From IMG/VR virus record IMGVR_UViG_2606217100_000004: 18,323 nucleotides of DNA. One strand, given 5' to 3'. Under the pieces are notes generated by a model. It did not search any database and was not told the origin of the DNA. It saw only the letters and a list, made by a program, of their open reading frames with translations. How positions within the stretch are numbered: the stretch's first letter is position 1; the number at the start of each line of letters is the position of its first letter. The position numbers and the translations under genes were made by a program. Positions 18,090-18,323 of this stretch are shown one piece after another. The DNA comes from a virus. Lineage: Duplodnaviria > Heunggongvirae > Uroviricota > Caudoviricetes.

Positions 18090-18323
18090 TTACATTTTAC
18101 CATTTAAATTTTGGTTGTCTTTAAGAACTGATATCGCTGTTTGTAATAATTCTTTGTTATCCAGCCATGATTTTTTCTTTATGTTTCCTTCAATGTAATC
18201 AAGCAATGTTCTGGTATTGATAGGTCTTCCCTGTTTTGCTACTTCCACTACAGCATCCCCTAGGATAATTCTTACTTCAGGAAGCTGCGCAGGGAACCAC
18301 TTTAGGGTGTCTTTTGATTTCAT
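18090..18323 (-). CDS. ydfK: YdfK/YnaE-like small prophage protein
   Basis: 77-aa ORF whose start codon lies at the last bases of the window, adjacent to pin as ydfK/ynaE are in Qin/Rac-type prophages. Confidence 0.55.
   Translation of the reverse strand: MKSKDTLKWFPAQLPEVRIILGDAVVEVAKQGRPINTRTLLDYIEGNIKKKSWLDNKELLQTAISVLKDNQNLNGKM

Overview
This window reads as the rspA-proximal part of a heavily degraded lambdoid (Qin-like) prophage of Escherichia coli or a close relative, carrying a retron as AT-rich cargo. All calls are by eye from the sequence and ORF track; no searches were run, and family names come from recalled protein similarity. Left to right: a 3'-truncated rspA (1-783); a DicA/DicC immunity switch with a duplicated operator palindrome; a replication module whose initiator gene contains iterons (internal ori); a retron with a 611-aa reverse transcriptase fused to a TOPRIM-like domain and a candidate msr-msd flanked by a perfect 12-nt inverted repeat (3779-5800); hokD, rem, a DUF968 gene and the Q antiterminator; a lysis cassette with no holin ORF; cold-shock-type morons (cspI, gnsB, ydfO); then structural-gene wreckage (portal fragment head-to-head with a major tail protein fragment, a tail fibre lacking its 5' end), tail fibre assembly gene, Pin invertase and a ydfK-like gene. 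The most interesting element is the retron, which resembles the known Retron-Eco2 (Ec67) RT-TOPRIM class rather than an obviously new system type; its context and exact variant may be new.
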